Source: Blepharisma stoltei ATCC 30299 (Eukaryota; Protista; Ciliophora). From it: a DNA stretch of 64,000 bases. Location: positions 186,001 through 250,000 of the forward strand of contig CBFDEM010000023.1 of NCBI GenBank assembly GCA_965603825.1, in the 5' to 3' direction. A program made the position numbers and the translations under genes. Shown here one piece after another: positions 34,277 through 46,400 of this stretch (positions within the stretch are counted from its first letter, which is position 1; the number at the start of each line of letters is the position of its first letter). The notes beneath the pieces were generated by a model. It was not told the DNA's origin, did no database searches, and worked only from the letters and a program-made list of their open reading frames with translations.

Positions 34277-36217
34277 ATGGGTAAAAAAGCCATCGTTAGC
34301 AAACATATCGTCCTTTCAGGAGACCACCATCTATACTCCCACCACCCTATGTATGGGATAATTCTGATCGAAGGTGAATTTATTTTCGATGTTATCATAT
34401 TAGATGATAACGTTCCCGTCAACGCAGTTATAGAAAAATACTCTGAGTGGAGCCCTCAGGACTATGCGAATTTCTATATTTCTCCTGGGATCATTGATCT
34501 GAATGTAAGAAGGGAATTTGAAAATTATACATTTTTAACTAAATCAGCTGTTAGTGGAGGAGTTTCTCTTATCATAGAAGAAGATGGATTTTATACAGCT
34601 GATTTTCAAAATGGAGATCTCTATTGTGATATTGGAAAAATCTTGGTGCTTGACAAGAACAATTTTGAAAGGCTTGAGGAAATACAGAGCAAAGAATATC
34701 TTGCAGTGAAAAGCTACCTTTTCCCTCCAAGCACATCGGTCCAAACTGTCCCTTCTGATCTTGCTGTGTTTTTTGATAGAGTTTCTGAGCTAAAACTGCC
34801 TGTTTTTATTGATCCTACTCTTCCTGATGCAAGAATGCTATTTATGGCTTCACCGATGAGGTTTGAAAAAGTGGAAGAAAGAAATACAGCAGAGAAGTCA
34901 GAAAATTATAACGTGTTTGCAGCAGCTTTTCCTGACACAATTGACTCTGAAGATGATTCTGAGTCCAGTCAGTCTATCCCAGATTTAGAAGTAACGCGGT
35001 CGTTCTGAAATGAAGACTTAGAGAAGCTCCAACATCAGATGATAAAATCTCGGTCAAACTCAGGCGAAAATTTTGAGTGCCTTCAGATCCATAAAGAAAT
35101 CCAAAAAGAAATTTCTCCAGTCAATGACTCTGATGAATACTCATTGCTAATTTATAGCAGCAAATCTCCTCACTTGAGATCAAAAACTCATACTATTTTC
35201 GACGACTTAGACAAAAGAATCAAGCAAAACCAAGTCAGTATTGAAAATATTTCTCAAGCTGAACAATTTACCTATAAGCAAGCTGGGAGGACTGAGTTTA
35301 GAAGGCAAAGCTTTCCTTTTGCAGGAAATACCATCCCAATTATGGAGATGCCGAAAACTCAAGCTGAGCCTGTGAAAAATACTTATGAAGATCGTATGAA
35401 ATTCAGAAGACCTCAAGCTTTAAGCATTAAGCCGCAGCAAGAAAAGCATGAAGATAAAAAAAGAATTTATGTGTATCATCTCGCAAATTATTCAGAACAT
35501 TGAGAGACATCAGGAATTGAAAAAATTTTAGCGAGTTTAAGACCAGAAATTCCTTTACATATTGTAGGAATTTCTTCAGCTATTGCAATTAATAAAATAA
35601 GACAGGCTAAAGAGCATTTCCCAAGGCTAACATGCGAAATTCCTGCGCCGCATCTATATTTTACATGTGACTCTGTAAAAGATGGGAGCACGATTTTTAA
35701 AAATTCCCCTCCAATAAGAAACAGAGGCAACTGCAACCTACTATGGGATTTATTGAAAATGAAGGCTATTGACTGCATATCATCCCAGCATGCCTTTATT
35801 TCTCCAAGATGTAAAGATATAGAAAACGGGAATTTTCACAAAGCCTTAAACGGAATTTGTAGCATTGGATTCACTCTGCAAGCTATTTGGACAATGTTAA
35901 ATGTCCCTGTTTCTACTCAGTCACAATTAGAGCACTATATCATCAGGATTTCTAAGTGATTATCACTATACCCAGCAAGGATTTTGAACATCCAAGACAA
36001 GCGAGGCTCTATTGAAAAAGGCAAATACTGTGATTTGGTTATATGGTCTCCTTACGAACGAATTAAAATTAATGAAATTTATTCAGAAAATGAAGAAATA
36101 TCTCCATTTTTAGGTCAAGAAATGCATGGGAAAATTCACAAAGTTTATGTTAGAGGTAAAGTCGCTTATGATGAAAAAGAATTTTTTATTCATGGAAAAC
36201 AGATGTTAAGTGGCTAA
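34277..36217 (+). CDS. Allantoinase/dihydroorotase-like amidohydrolase-fold protein (646 aa, three TGA=Trp)
   Basis: ISPGIIDLNVR, TKSAVSGGVSLI, LTCEIPAPHLYF, FKNSPPIR...LLWDLL and RGSIEKGKYCDLVIW...SPFLG. Confidence 0.8.
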
Positions 36218-36299
36218 ATCAATTGATAATTTTACCCTCATAAATTTTAATAATAGTTCATAATTAGTCAAAAAATATTTGTAAAATAATTAATTTGAA

Positions 36300-38558
36300 T
36301 TACTCAGTTGAAAAAGGAATTGATTTGAAGTCTGTCTTGACTTTTTGGGAATTTGGAGGGTCCTCAAAATCTAGGTTTTTGAGGCGCCTGCATTTATCTA
36401 CATCAGAAATTTTTCCGTACAGTTTTTCGTCGACTTGAACCTTACTCCACATAAGGCCTTTTGTAACAATAGTTGGGATATCTGGGATGAGGACATTCAG
36501 AATTATTTTCAGGATAATTAAGCTGTGCTCAAGAATAAGGAATATCAACCATTTATTTTTGGTATCCTCAATTTCAAAAGCATCGGTGGTAAATATTATT
36601 ATTGCCATATTTGTCCCTGCTCCAATAAAAGAAATCACCTGAATAATCTGAAGCCAAACTCCAATAGAATTTGACCTCTGGGGGTATGGCCTTTGAGTCA
36701 ACGTGCACATCTTCCAAGCATCAACTTTAATTTCTATGAAAATTAAGAAGAATAGCAAAGCCAAAGAAAATGGAAAACTGGCTCCAAAAAGAATGACATA
36801 CCCATATGCCATTATAATTTCCATATAATCCTACATAAATTTTACAGATAAGGGAGTGTCATATTTAGATAATTTTGCTTGGGATTCAGCTGGAGTTAAA
36901 TTTATTCTATAGCTAGGGTCTTTTTCTCTGAGTTTTTTGACCCTTTTCTCTTCAGACCAATTTTTGTACTTAGTAGTTAGTAATGGTAAATAAATTTCTA
37001 CTAGGTTTAGGCAGAAATTTGTAATAAAAATTGATTCAAGCTGCTTTGTAAGTTCATAAATACAGTCTTCATCAACGCACCCCTCAAAGTTTCCTTTACA
37101 AAAAGCAATATAAAACAAGCTAGAATAACAGTTGACAAACTGAAACAAGAAAAGTTTGAGAGTGAGCCCATCATTATAATCATTATAAGTTTCATAGTTT
37201 TCCCAATCATTAAGCTGCTGTGCGACTCTTGCGTAAATTAAGTTGAAAATTTTGATTTGAATTGCATTTCCTACTCCTACAGCTGTAACTTTCCACGATC
37301 TCTGATCTAAGGTAGATCTATAAACAAATAAAACAATCACACAGGACAAGACAAGTGTGACGAAAAGCGCTAAGACAGAAAACCCAATCGCTTTCCTTGT
37401 TGTGGTCCAATGACTAGCTGGTGCGACTTTTTTCATTCTTCCAGTAATTTCATCTTTTTTGAACTCTCCTCGAAATTGTGGCCTCTGCTCGTTCAAGGCT
37501 TCAATTTCTGTCGTCCCCCAGCGCCAAGCCAACTTTGATTGTTCTCGGAGCCAGAACTGGTCATAAAAAGTAGACAAAATAGGCAGCATAAAAGCAAGAA
37601 TCACAATTGTTACTTCTCCACCTGTAAGAGAGTCATCCTCGTCATCCTCATCTTCAAAAGCATAAAAGATGATTCCTAAAATAATGCTAATAATCGCAAA
37701 AGGAGCCAAAAACGCAGTCAAAAACTCAATCCATGCAAAATACATTGCGATTTTTTCACCAAAATAAACCCTCAGCCTGTCAACGTCTTGGCGCTTAAAA
37801 GGGTTTTTGTTGAGTGCCCAGGTTTGCACGAAATAATCTAATTGTTTTTTCCTATGCAATGCTAAAACATTAGTTAGTAGTCCTTCTGCTTGAAGGTTAG
37901 CCAGATCTACGCTGCTATTGATAATTGAGTAGACAATTCTTTCTTTATCTTTGTATTGGAATAATGTACCTTTACTGTCAGAAATCTCCATTTCCATTTC
38001 ATCATACCTCTTATATAGTTCTAATGAGCTTTCTGTCTTTTCAAAAGGGCCATATGGTGATACCTGCTTGAAGTCCTGCAAATCCAATATCCGTTTTTTA
38101 AACTGAAGAGGGTAATCAATCAGGTCTGCCTGCACCATCAGGTTAGTTTCGCTACATATGACCCTGCAAAATATTTCGTCACGGTCTCTCGAATAAAAGA
38201 GCTGGATTTCTAGCTTCAAGTGGTCTTGTAAAACCTTGAAGACATTTTGGATGATGGAAGAGCCTATATCTCTGAGATTCACTCAGCCGTCTTTAGCACA
38301 CCCTTCAATTAGGGGGTCTATTTCTTTTTCAATACGCTGGAATAGAGGGATTTCTGTTTCTTTGTCGTGAAGTTTGAAAATGACTCGATAAAAATGTTTG
38401 GCTTCTTTCTCTTTCATCCAAGAATTGAGCTGGCACAGCAAGCCTTTGTCAGGATCGGTGTAGGGGTTCTTGAAAATTAAAACTAAATCTGCAAGGTCGT
38501 CTTCTTGTGCTTTGTCCTCGACTTCTTCTATAAACTGTTTTTCTTCTTCAGCGGACAT
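36300..38558 (-). CDS. Anoctamin / TMEM16 family, copy 2 (747 aa; intron 36831-36845)
   Basis: Same anoctamin motifs as copy 1; one TGA at 38283. Confidence 0.9.
36831..36845 (-). other. 15-nt intron GTAAAATTTATGTAG
   Basis: Identical to the intron in copy 1. Confidence 0.9.
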
Positions 38559-38851
38559 TTTAACAATATTAATAGTTCATAAATATTGACAAAAATAAAT
38601 TTAGGAAAATTATAATAAGTAATGATAGATTTTGAAAAGATTTTAGTCACATGATTAGATAAGTAATGAAAAATTTTGAAAAGATTTTAGCCACATGATT
38701 TATTTGGGCTATCGCACAAAAACTTTATTGCGACTTATTAAGATTTATACTGTTTTATTGAAAGCAGCTTAGTTTACTGCTTATGATTGAGTAATTAGCT
38801 ATATCAGCAATAGCAACGAGATACTAATTATAAAAAAACGTTATTATATAA

Positions 38852-40030
38852 ATGGGCCTTAATTGTTCATGTCTCCGCAACTCCACTACTGATGAAAAGC
38901 AACTACGACTTGACGGAGAGAGGGTTTTACAAATGGAATCAGTCAAACTCAAACCCCTCCAGCAAGACTTAAAAACAAATAGCAATGCAATTTTAACCTT
39001 AGAAGACATCGTAAAACTGCAATGTGTTCTTCGTGGCTACCTAGACCGCCGTACAATTAGAAAAGTCTACAACTTTAAAAACTCTCAACAATCAAACGAT
39101 AACCGTTCTACAGATTTACTCAAAGACTCCAACTCCTTTTCCTCCCCAAATCTAGCAAAGCACTCCATCAATAACTCTTCTGAGCCCATCATTCGGCTCA
39201 CTATCAAAGAAATTGCTGAATCCCAAGTCCCTGACTACTCTACAAACGCAACTCGTCTAATCCTCTCTAGGCTTGGCCCTTTCAAAATCACTGAAGAATT
39301 CCCAGACAATGAGCCTCGGACCAAACGTGGCCCTGTAGAGCTAGAAAACCAAGCTATTTATATTGGTGAGTGGAATAAGGACAATCAACGCCATGGCTTT
39401 GGAATCCAAATTTGGAGCGACGGATCTAGATATGAAGGGTACTGGAAAAACGACCAGGCCCATTTTAAAGGCAGAATCATTCATGCAGATGGAGAAATTT
39501 ATGAAGGAGACTGGAAAAATGATAAGTCCCATGGGGTTGGCATTTATATTCATACAGATGGAGCAAGATATGAAGGAACCTGAAGCAATGATTTACAAGA
39601 CGGCTATGGAATTGAGACCTGGCCAGACGGGGCAAGATATCAAGGAGACTATAAAAATGGGAATAAAGAAGGAAAAGGAAAATTCGTATGGGCAGACGGC
39701 AGCATGTATGATGGGGAATTTCATAATAACGATATAGAAGGAGTTGGAGTCTATACGTGAAATGATGGCAGAAAATACGTTGGAGAATGGGCTAATAATA
39801 AAATGCAAGGAATTGGCACGTTCACGTGGAATGACGGAAGAATATACAAAGGAGGCTACTTTGATGACAAGAAGCAAGGGTATGGAATTTTCGAATGGCC
39901 AGATGGCAGAAAATATGAAGGGTGCTGGTTTAATGGAAAACAGCATGGGAAAGGGATTTATTATACAGCGAATGGGGCTGGCAGAGAGGGGGAATGGAAA
40001 GATGGGCAAAGAATCAAATGGTGCGAATAA
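38852..40030 (+). CDS. MORN-repeat protein with an IQ motif and an N-terminal acylation motif (392 aa)
   Basis: MGLNCSC; [15 protein letters not shown] (IQ); repeated YxGxWxxxxxHGxG; TGA at 39581 and 39758 in Trp positions. Confidence 0.9.
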
Positions 40031-40058
40031 TTTATAGTGACAATAAATTACCAATTAG

Positions 40059-40661
40059 TTATACATGAGAGTTAAAGTGTTTGATGATAAGGTGATTAGC
40101 TTTCTTCGTGACATCTTCATGACTAATTCAGGAAACTCCAGGAATATCTTTGAAAAGGATGGCGTAAAAGACTTTTCCATCAATTATCTTAGCTTCAGTG
40201 ATCTTTAGAGCTTGATCTGTTCCTAAAGTTCCTTTCCTTGGCTCTGAAGGTTTTAACTTTTTTATCTTTTGATTTATTTTTGTCTTTCTCAGCCTTTTTT
40301 TCGGCAGATGTTTCTCAAGCTCAGGGTCAAACGTAGATTCCCTACTGAGATTATGTTTTTTCTCTTCAAACTCTTCAACTGCTTCTAAGCAGCTTTTCAA
40401 GTTTTCTTTAGGCTCCCACGTCAAATTTTCATATCCTTTTCACTTCACTAAATACATTCTGTCTTTTCCTTCGCCTCTTTTCTCTAGAATCTTTTCAACG
40501 ACAAAATAGCCCAGTCCCGCCATTTCATCTTCACTCATTTCTGAGTCGCTCGAAATATAGCAGGTAATTGGCTTCTTCCGTGGCTTTTCCTGCAGGTGGT
40601 TTGCTTGGGACAGAGGTTTTTTCTTTGGGGCCCATTTTCGTGTGTAATAAAACTTCTTCAT
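40059..40661 (-). CDS. HP1-like chromodomain protein with a chromoshadow-like C-terminus (200 aa)
   Basis: YFVVEKILEKR...YLVK(W=TGA)KGYENLTWEPKENL; C-terminal ALKITEAKIIDGKVFYAILFKD..SWIS...ANHLIIKHF. Confidence 0.85.
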
Positions 40662-40682
40662 ATTTTATTATCAAGGGAAGAA

Positions 40683-41738
40683 TTATTTATTGACTATAGG
40701 ATAAGAGGGCATCATCTGTATTCCACAAAGGCCTTTACCTTCTTTGATTGCGATTCGGATGTAGCCGTCTTCACCCCAGGAAGGACCCCAAGAGTTCTTG
40801 ACGATGTAGTAAGCAGGGACTGTGGTTCTATTGAAGCCTACTACAAGGACTCCATGGTCTAGATTTGTCCCGCAGCTTTTGTCTATAACTCCACCACCAT
40901 AAAATTGCCAGGCAGCTTGGTCAGCTTGAACACCGACTGAAACTGGGCCATGAGTAAGAGCAGCAAGCAATGCAGTGCTGTTATTAGGAGTGACATCTAC
41001 ATAACCAGAAATGGTAGCAGAAACATTGGCGACTTTAGTTTGATTGCAAATTCCATCTCTCCCTGTATATTTGTAATGCTTTTCAGTAGTCAGGCCATTC
41101 TGGATTACGAACTCAAAGCCATAATCCATAAGTCCTCCATTGCAGCCTTCATTCCCATAAGACCTTGAGCAATCAATAAGTTCTTGCTCACTAAGGGACA
41201 CCAAGGTATGGTTAGCCAAAAACCAAGCTCCTTCTACAGCTCCAGTTGTAGAAAAAGCCCAGCAGCCTCCACATATTCCTTGGTTTTTCACTTTGGTTAC
41301 TGCTCCTGCTTCTCTCCAGTCAATTGCATCAGGAATTACTACATTGTTTTCTTCAGCTACCCTCTTTGTGTAGTGAGCTTGAGCCTTGGTTCCTAAATAA
41401 AGGCTCTTGAATTCTGCGAATGAGACATCAGCGAATTGGTTTGCTTTTAATACCCAGCTTCCTGCTTGTGAATTGTGAATCCTAATAAAGGCTGAGTTGT
41501 CGCGGAACACCTTAAATCTGCGGGCGTATTCTTCAGCAGTTGAATATAGCTTGTTGTGACGGGCAAGGAAATGGTTGAATTCTTCAACTTCTAGTTGAAA
41601 TTGCTGAAGTCCTGGTGAAGAGGAATTTGAAGATGTGAGAGCAATAGTGCCGACTACACAGATTATCCCAACAAGGGCAAGAGATGTGTAGAGGATTTTG
41701 GATTTCTTTGAAGAGGTATCGAAGGATAAGGAATCCAT
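40683..41738 (-). CDS. Papain-family (C1A) cathepsin L-like protease with an N-terminal TM/signal and I29 prodomain
   Basis: ERFNIN-like prodomain, QGICGGCWAFS, LDHGVLVVG, KNSWG. Confidence 0.95.
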   Translation of the reverse strand: MDSLSFDTSSKKSKILYTSLALVGIICVVGTIALTSSNSSSPGLQQFQLEVEEFNHFLARHNKLYSTAEEYARRFKVFRDNSAFIRIHNSQAGSWVLKANQFADVSFAEFKSLYLGTKAQAHYTKRVAEENNVVIPDAIDWREAGAVTKVKNQGICGGCWAFSTTGAVEGAWFLANHTLVSLSEQELIDCSRSYGNEGCNGGLMDYGFEFVIQNGLTTEKHYKYTGRDGICNQTKVANVSATISGYVDVTPNNSTALLAALTHGPVSVGVQADQAAWQFYGGGVIDKSCGTNLDHGVLVVGFNRTTVPAYYIVKNSWGPSWGEDGYIRIAIKEGKGLCGIQMMPSYPIVNK

Positions 41739-42326
41739 CTTATTTATTTTGATTCAACAAAATTGCAAGAATTAACAGACTTAGAGGTAATAGGAATGAG
41801 AAGGAGGCCAAAAGCACTGGTAAGAGATTGGAATTAGTTAGATATAGAAAAATTAAAGAAACGTGGGAAGCTTTAATCACTATTAGGCTGAAGCTGCAAA
41901 GAAAAACTCGATATCATGAAGAAGGAAGTAGAAAGATTTAATGTGATGAGAGATAGCCTTCAACCGCTTATCATTAGACCAAATAATCTTGTCATAATAA
42001 ATTTTAACTAATAGTTTTATATTTTAGGAGCATATAACGATAGCTTTTATTGCCAATTGGAGTAAAAAAACCGAATTTTTTTATATATTTAAAAATCAAT
42101 TTATATTTTGTTTTATATTAATTCTTAAAATTAAAGCAATTAGTTAATCCCAGAATAAATAGGTATGATTGCTCAAAAACCATAGCTGAAGTATAAGCGG
42201 AGATTTAATTTCTCATTCAGGCTAAGTATTTATTTTCCAAAGTGTTAATAATATGTCTTTCATTTATTTTCATAATAAAAGAAAAATTAAAAGCCAAAAT
42301 TTGAGAAGGAATCTTAACGATTAACC

Positions 42327-43424
42327 TTAAGCCTTAGTGGCATTATAAGGGTTCAGATAGAACGGGTAAGATGGGTACATCTGGATTCCACAAACACCGA
42401 CTCCATCTTCAATTCCAATTCTGATGTATCCTTGTTCTCCCCATTGAGTGCCCCAAGAGTTCTTGACAATATAGTAAGGCTTTTTCACGACAGAGTTATA
42501 TCCAACTACAAGTACTCCATGGTCTAAGTCAGTTCCGCAGTTCTTGGTCACAACTCCTCCCTTATAAAGTTGCCAAACCTTTTGGTCAGCCTGGACTGCA
42601 ACAGATACTGGATTAGTTAAGAGGCTAATTTCAAGCCATACACTGCTGTTCGAGACTGGGATCTGATATCCATCAATACGGGTGATATTTGACTGTGCTG
42701 CCAAAGTGTAGTTGCAGGTATTGTTAGTTGCTGTATAAGGATAGTTTGATTCAGAAGTCAAGCCATTTTGCTGAATAAATTCAAAAGCATTGTTCATCCA
42801 GCCGCCTTGGCAGCCAGAGTTGCCGAAGCTAAATGAGCAATCAACAAGTTCTTGCTCACTGAGGTCGATCAAAGTGTGATTGGAGATCGCCCACAAGCTT
42901 TCAACTGCTCCAGTAGCTGAAAAAGCCCAGCAGCTTCCGCATTGTCCTTGGTTCTTGACTGAGGTTACTTTGCCCCACTGTCTCCAGTCCCAAGAAGGAT
43001 AAATTTTTAGGTCACTTGGTACAGCTTTAGGAGTGGTAGTAGCTTTAAGTGCACTCTTTGGGACTTTGCTTGTGAGGTATATGCTGCCGAATTCATTGAA
43101 GGAAAGGTCAGCAAATTCATTGACTCCTAAGGTCCAGTCTTCTCCTAGGCTATTGTGGATTCTGATATAGGCTGCATTGTCACGGAAGACTTGGAATCTG
43201 TGGACGTACTCTTCAGGTGTGGAGTATTCTTTATTGTAGAGAGACATGAACTCTTGGAATTCTTGCTCTTCAAGCTGGAATTGTTGGAGGGCAAGTGAAC
43301 TTGGGCCTGAAGTTGCAAGAGCGATAGCTCCGACTATGCAAACAACCCCTATGACTGCTAGAGCTGCATATAGAGCTTTCTTCTTGTTGTTCGACTTCGA
43401 GGAATCGAAATAAAGACTTTCCAT
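42327..43424 (-). CDS. Cathepsin L-like cysteine protease
   Basis: Start MESLYFD (by paralogy); [22 protein letters not shown]. Confidence 0.95.
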   Translation of the reverse strand: MESLYFDSSKSNNKKKALYAALAVIGVVCIVGAIALATSGPSSLALQQFQLEEQEFQEFMSLYNKEYSTPEEYVHRFQVFRDNAAYIRIHNSLGEDWTLGVNEFADLSFNEFGSIYLTSKVPKSALKATTTPKAVPSDLKIYPSWDWRQWGKVTSVKNQGQCGSCWAFSATGAVESLWAISNHTLIDLSEQELVDCSFSFGNSGCQGGWMNNAFEFIQQNGLTSESNYPYTATNNTCNYTLAAQSNITRIDGYQIPVSNSSVWLEISLLTNPVSVAVQADQKVWQLYKGGVVTKNCGTDLDHGVLVVGYNSVVKKPYYIVKNSWGTQWGEQGYIRIGIEDGVGVCGIQMYPSYPFYLNPYNATKA

Positions 43425-44409
43425 TTCTATTATTAACTTCACCAGCTTACGCAAAAATGGCTTTGTAAAGATGAATTTGTTCACCGAAGATATGTCCTTA
43501 GATTGAAAAAAAGGAAAACTGATTAAGGCTTTTTTGGGCAGAAAATATATAGAAAGCTAGTAATTAATAGATAAAGAATAAGACTAGATAAAAATTGAGG
43601 AAAAATTTGATTATTATAAATTTCATTGTAAATTGTAGAAATTTTGAGGAAATGATGATATCAACTTGAAAATTCGATTGGGATGGATTTGTAAGAAAAT
43701 TAGACAGAAATTTAAAAAAATCAAATCGTATGCTTTTTTGATTTTGCTCACCTGTATAAATGGTGGAAGAATTATTTTGCTGAGATGAGAATGCTCTGGT
43801 AGATAGTTAAAAATATGTGTTGAGTAATTGGTTTGAAGCATTAAATCTATGAGCAAATCGTAAAAAATTCAATATTCCTTAAATTAGCGAGCTATGGCGC
43901 TATTGCTTGGGCAGGTTGTTTTGATGCTTGCATAATTTAGATCATAAAGGACTAAGAGAAAATACTAAATTTTATAAAATTATAAGCCAGAATAGAGAAA
44001 CGCAGCTACAAACTGAGAAGTGGCTTTGGATTTTGAGCATATTAAATTTATCTTAAAAAATTAAACCTGCAGATTATTATTTTTATTATAATTAAAGATT
44101 TATTTGAGTAGAATAGATAACGGGGAATAGTGGCTCCATCTCGAAAAATTTCTTTTCCTTCTTCATACCTATTTTTATATAGCCTTAATCACTCCATTCT
44201 ATATCCCATGAATTTTTGGCAATATAATAGCTTTTTCTTTCAATCGTATTATATCCCAAAGATGCATACATGTCTTTATATATGCGTTAATATTTCTGAT
44301 AGCAAATACTGACTAATAATCATCATCAGATCTAAATTTTGAAATCCTATTAGACTGCCTAATCGATTTTCTCAATGCAATTTTCTTGTAAAGGTATTCT
44401 GCATGCATT

Positions 44410-45210
44410 GCTAAATTATACCTGACAGCAAGCACCTATGATTCATTTCAGTCCCGCATCTCTTTGTCACCACACCTCTCTTGTAAAGCTGTCAAACTCT
44501 TAGGTCTGCATCAAGTCCAACAGAGACTGGCTGCTGACTTATAGTCCGCAGTAAATATGCGCTATTATTTAACAAAACATCTGTATAATTATCAATGCGC
44601 GCCAAAAGCTCTGCTTCTTTTTCATAATTGCCCCAGCAATCTACAAGTTCTCACTCACTTAAAGTAGGTAATGTGTGACTAACAAGGAACCAGGCGCTTT
44701 CAATAACTCCTGTACCAGAAAAAGTTCAGTAGCTTCCACAGTTTCCTTGATCTTTTACTTAGGTAACAGCTCCATGCTGTCTCCAATCCCAGGAAGCCTG
44801 ATATTCTAAGCTATTTATTTATAAAAGGTAATTCCTTGGTCTATGAGTCTCAATTCTTGTCTGAAGGAATTTATTAGAAAATTCTTCAATAGTGAGATCT
44901 GCGATTTGTTAACAAATAAAGTGAAATCTTCTTCTTGAGAATTGTGAATGCGGATATCAGCCGAATTGCTCACAGAAGATTTTGAAACAAAGTGCATATG
45001 CATAGGAAATGCGTAAGACTTGTGGTGAAGCAGCATAAAATTTTGAGCCTCTGCCTCTTCTAATTGAAATTGCTAAATTGTGATGCCATGAAGATTGTCA
45101 CTTGAAAAAGAAAAATAGTTTGCGATGCAAATTATTTCTATAAGAGTAATTAAAACATAAGCTATTTTTGCTTAGAAAATGATTGAAGAAACATAGCCAA
45201 AGTTTTCCAT
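44410..45210 (-). pseudogene. Cathepsin L pseudogene
   Basis: SWDWRQHGAVT*VKDQGNCGSYW (catalytic Cys changed to Tyr), PVSVGLDAD..WQLYKRGVVTKRCG; stops and frameshifts. Confidence 0.85.
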
Positions 45211-45310
45211 CTTTTATAAAATACTCCTTAACGCATATGTATTGATATCTTTTTTGAATAAAATATTTTCATATTATTATTTAACACACAGTTTAACGAA
45301 TAAAGCTAAA

Positions 45311-46400
45311 TTAAGGCTTAGGACTGTTATAAAGAGCTGTAGGGTATGATGGTGCCATTTGGATACCGCAAACTCCTTTTCCTTCCTGAATGCCAACTTT
45401 AATATATCCGTCTTCTCCCCATTGCGTGCCCCATGAATTCTTAACAATATAGAAAGGCTTCTTAGCAGCGGTGTTGTAGCTAACAGCAAGGACTCCGTGG
45501 TTTAAGTTAGTTCCACATTTCTTGGTGACGACTCCGCTCTTGTAGAATTGCCATGAAGTAGCATCAACGGCTACTGAAACAGGAGTCCGAAAGACAGAGG
45601 ACAATAATGAGGTTGCGTTGTTAGAGAGCACATCAGTGTAGCCAGTAATCCTCACCCACGGCATAATTACTTTCATGTAGTCGCAGGTTGAATTTGTACT
45701 GTTAGTTGAATTTCCAGATGTGTAAGGGTATTCCTTTTCAAGGGCTAGACCATATTCAAGAATATATTCGAAAGCTTGGTCCATATCTCCTCCATCGCAT
45801 CCTGCGTTTCCATAATCTTTTGAGCAATCAATAAGCTCTTGCTCACTTAAAGACACCAAAGTGTGGTTACCTGAGGCCCAAGCTCCTTCTACAGCACCAG
45901 TAGCAGAGAAAGCCCAGCAGCTTCCACATTCTCCTTGATCCTTAACTGGTGTAACAGCTCCATGCTTTCTTCAATCCCAAGTAGGTTGATAAGTAAGTTG
46001 TTCTGGGAGGATTTGAGTATGTCGGCGTTTGTTAACATCAACTCTGCGAGTGAGGTATCGGCTTTCGAATTCCCCAGAGGTGAGGTCAGCAAATTTGTTG
46101 ACAGCCAAAGACCAGTCTTCTTCAGCTGCGTTATGAATTCTGACATATGCTGAGTTTTCACGATAGATTTGGAATCTCCTTGCGTATTCCTCTTCAGAAG
46201 AGTATTTCTTGCCATAGAGGGTCATGAAGCTCTGGAACTCGGCTTTTCAAGTTGGAATTGCTTAAGTACAAGATCGTGACGATTGTCTGAAGAAAAAGCA
46301 ATAACACCAACAACACAGACAATGCCTATAGCTGCAAGGGCTGCGAGCAGTGTTTCTTCTAGTTGCTTGTTTTAGCTGAATCAAAGTAAAAACTGTCTAT
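45311..46400 (-). pseudogene. Cathepsin L copy with a decayed 5' end; intact 304-aa ORF from ATG 46225
   Basis: Relative to 47460-48560: ATG changed to ATA at 46400, a TAG and two 1-nt deletions; 46225-45311 is open with TGA=Trp and the catalytic Q/C/H/N are intact. Confidence 0.75.
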
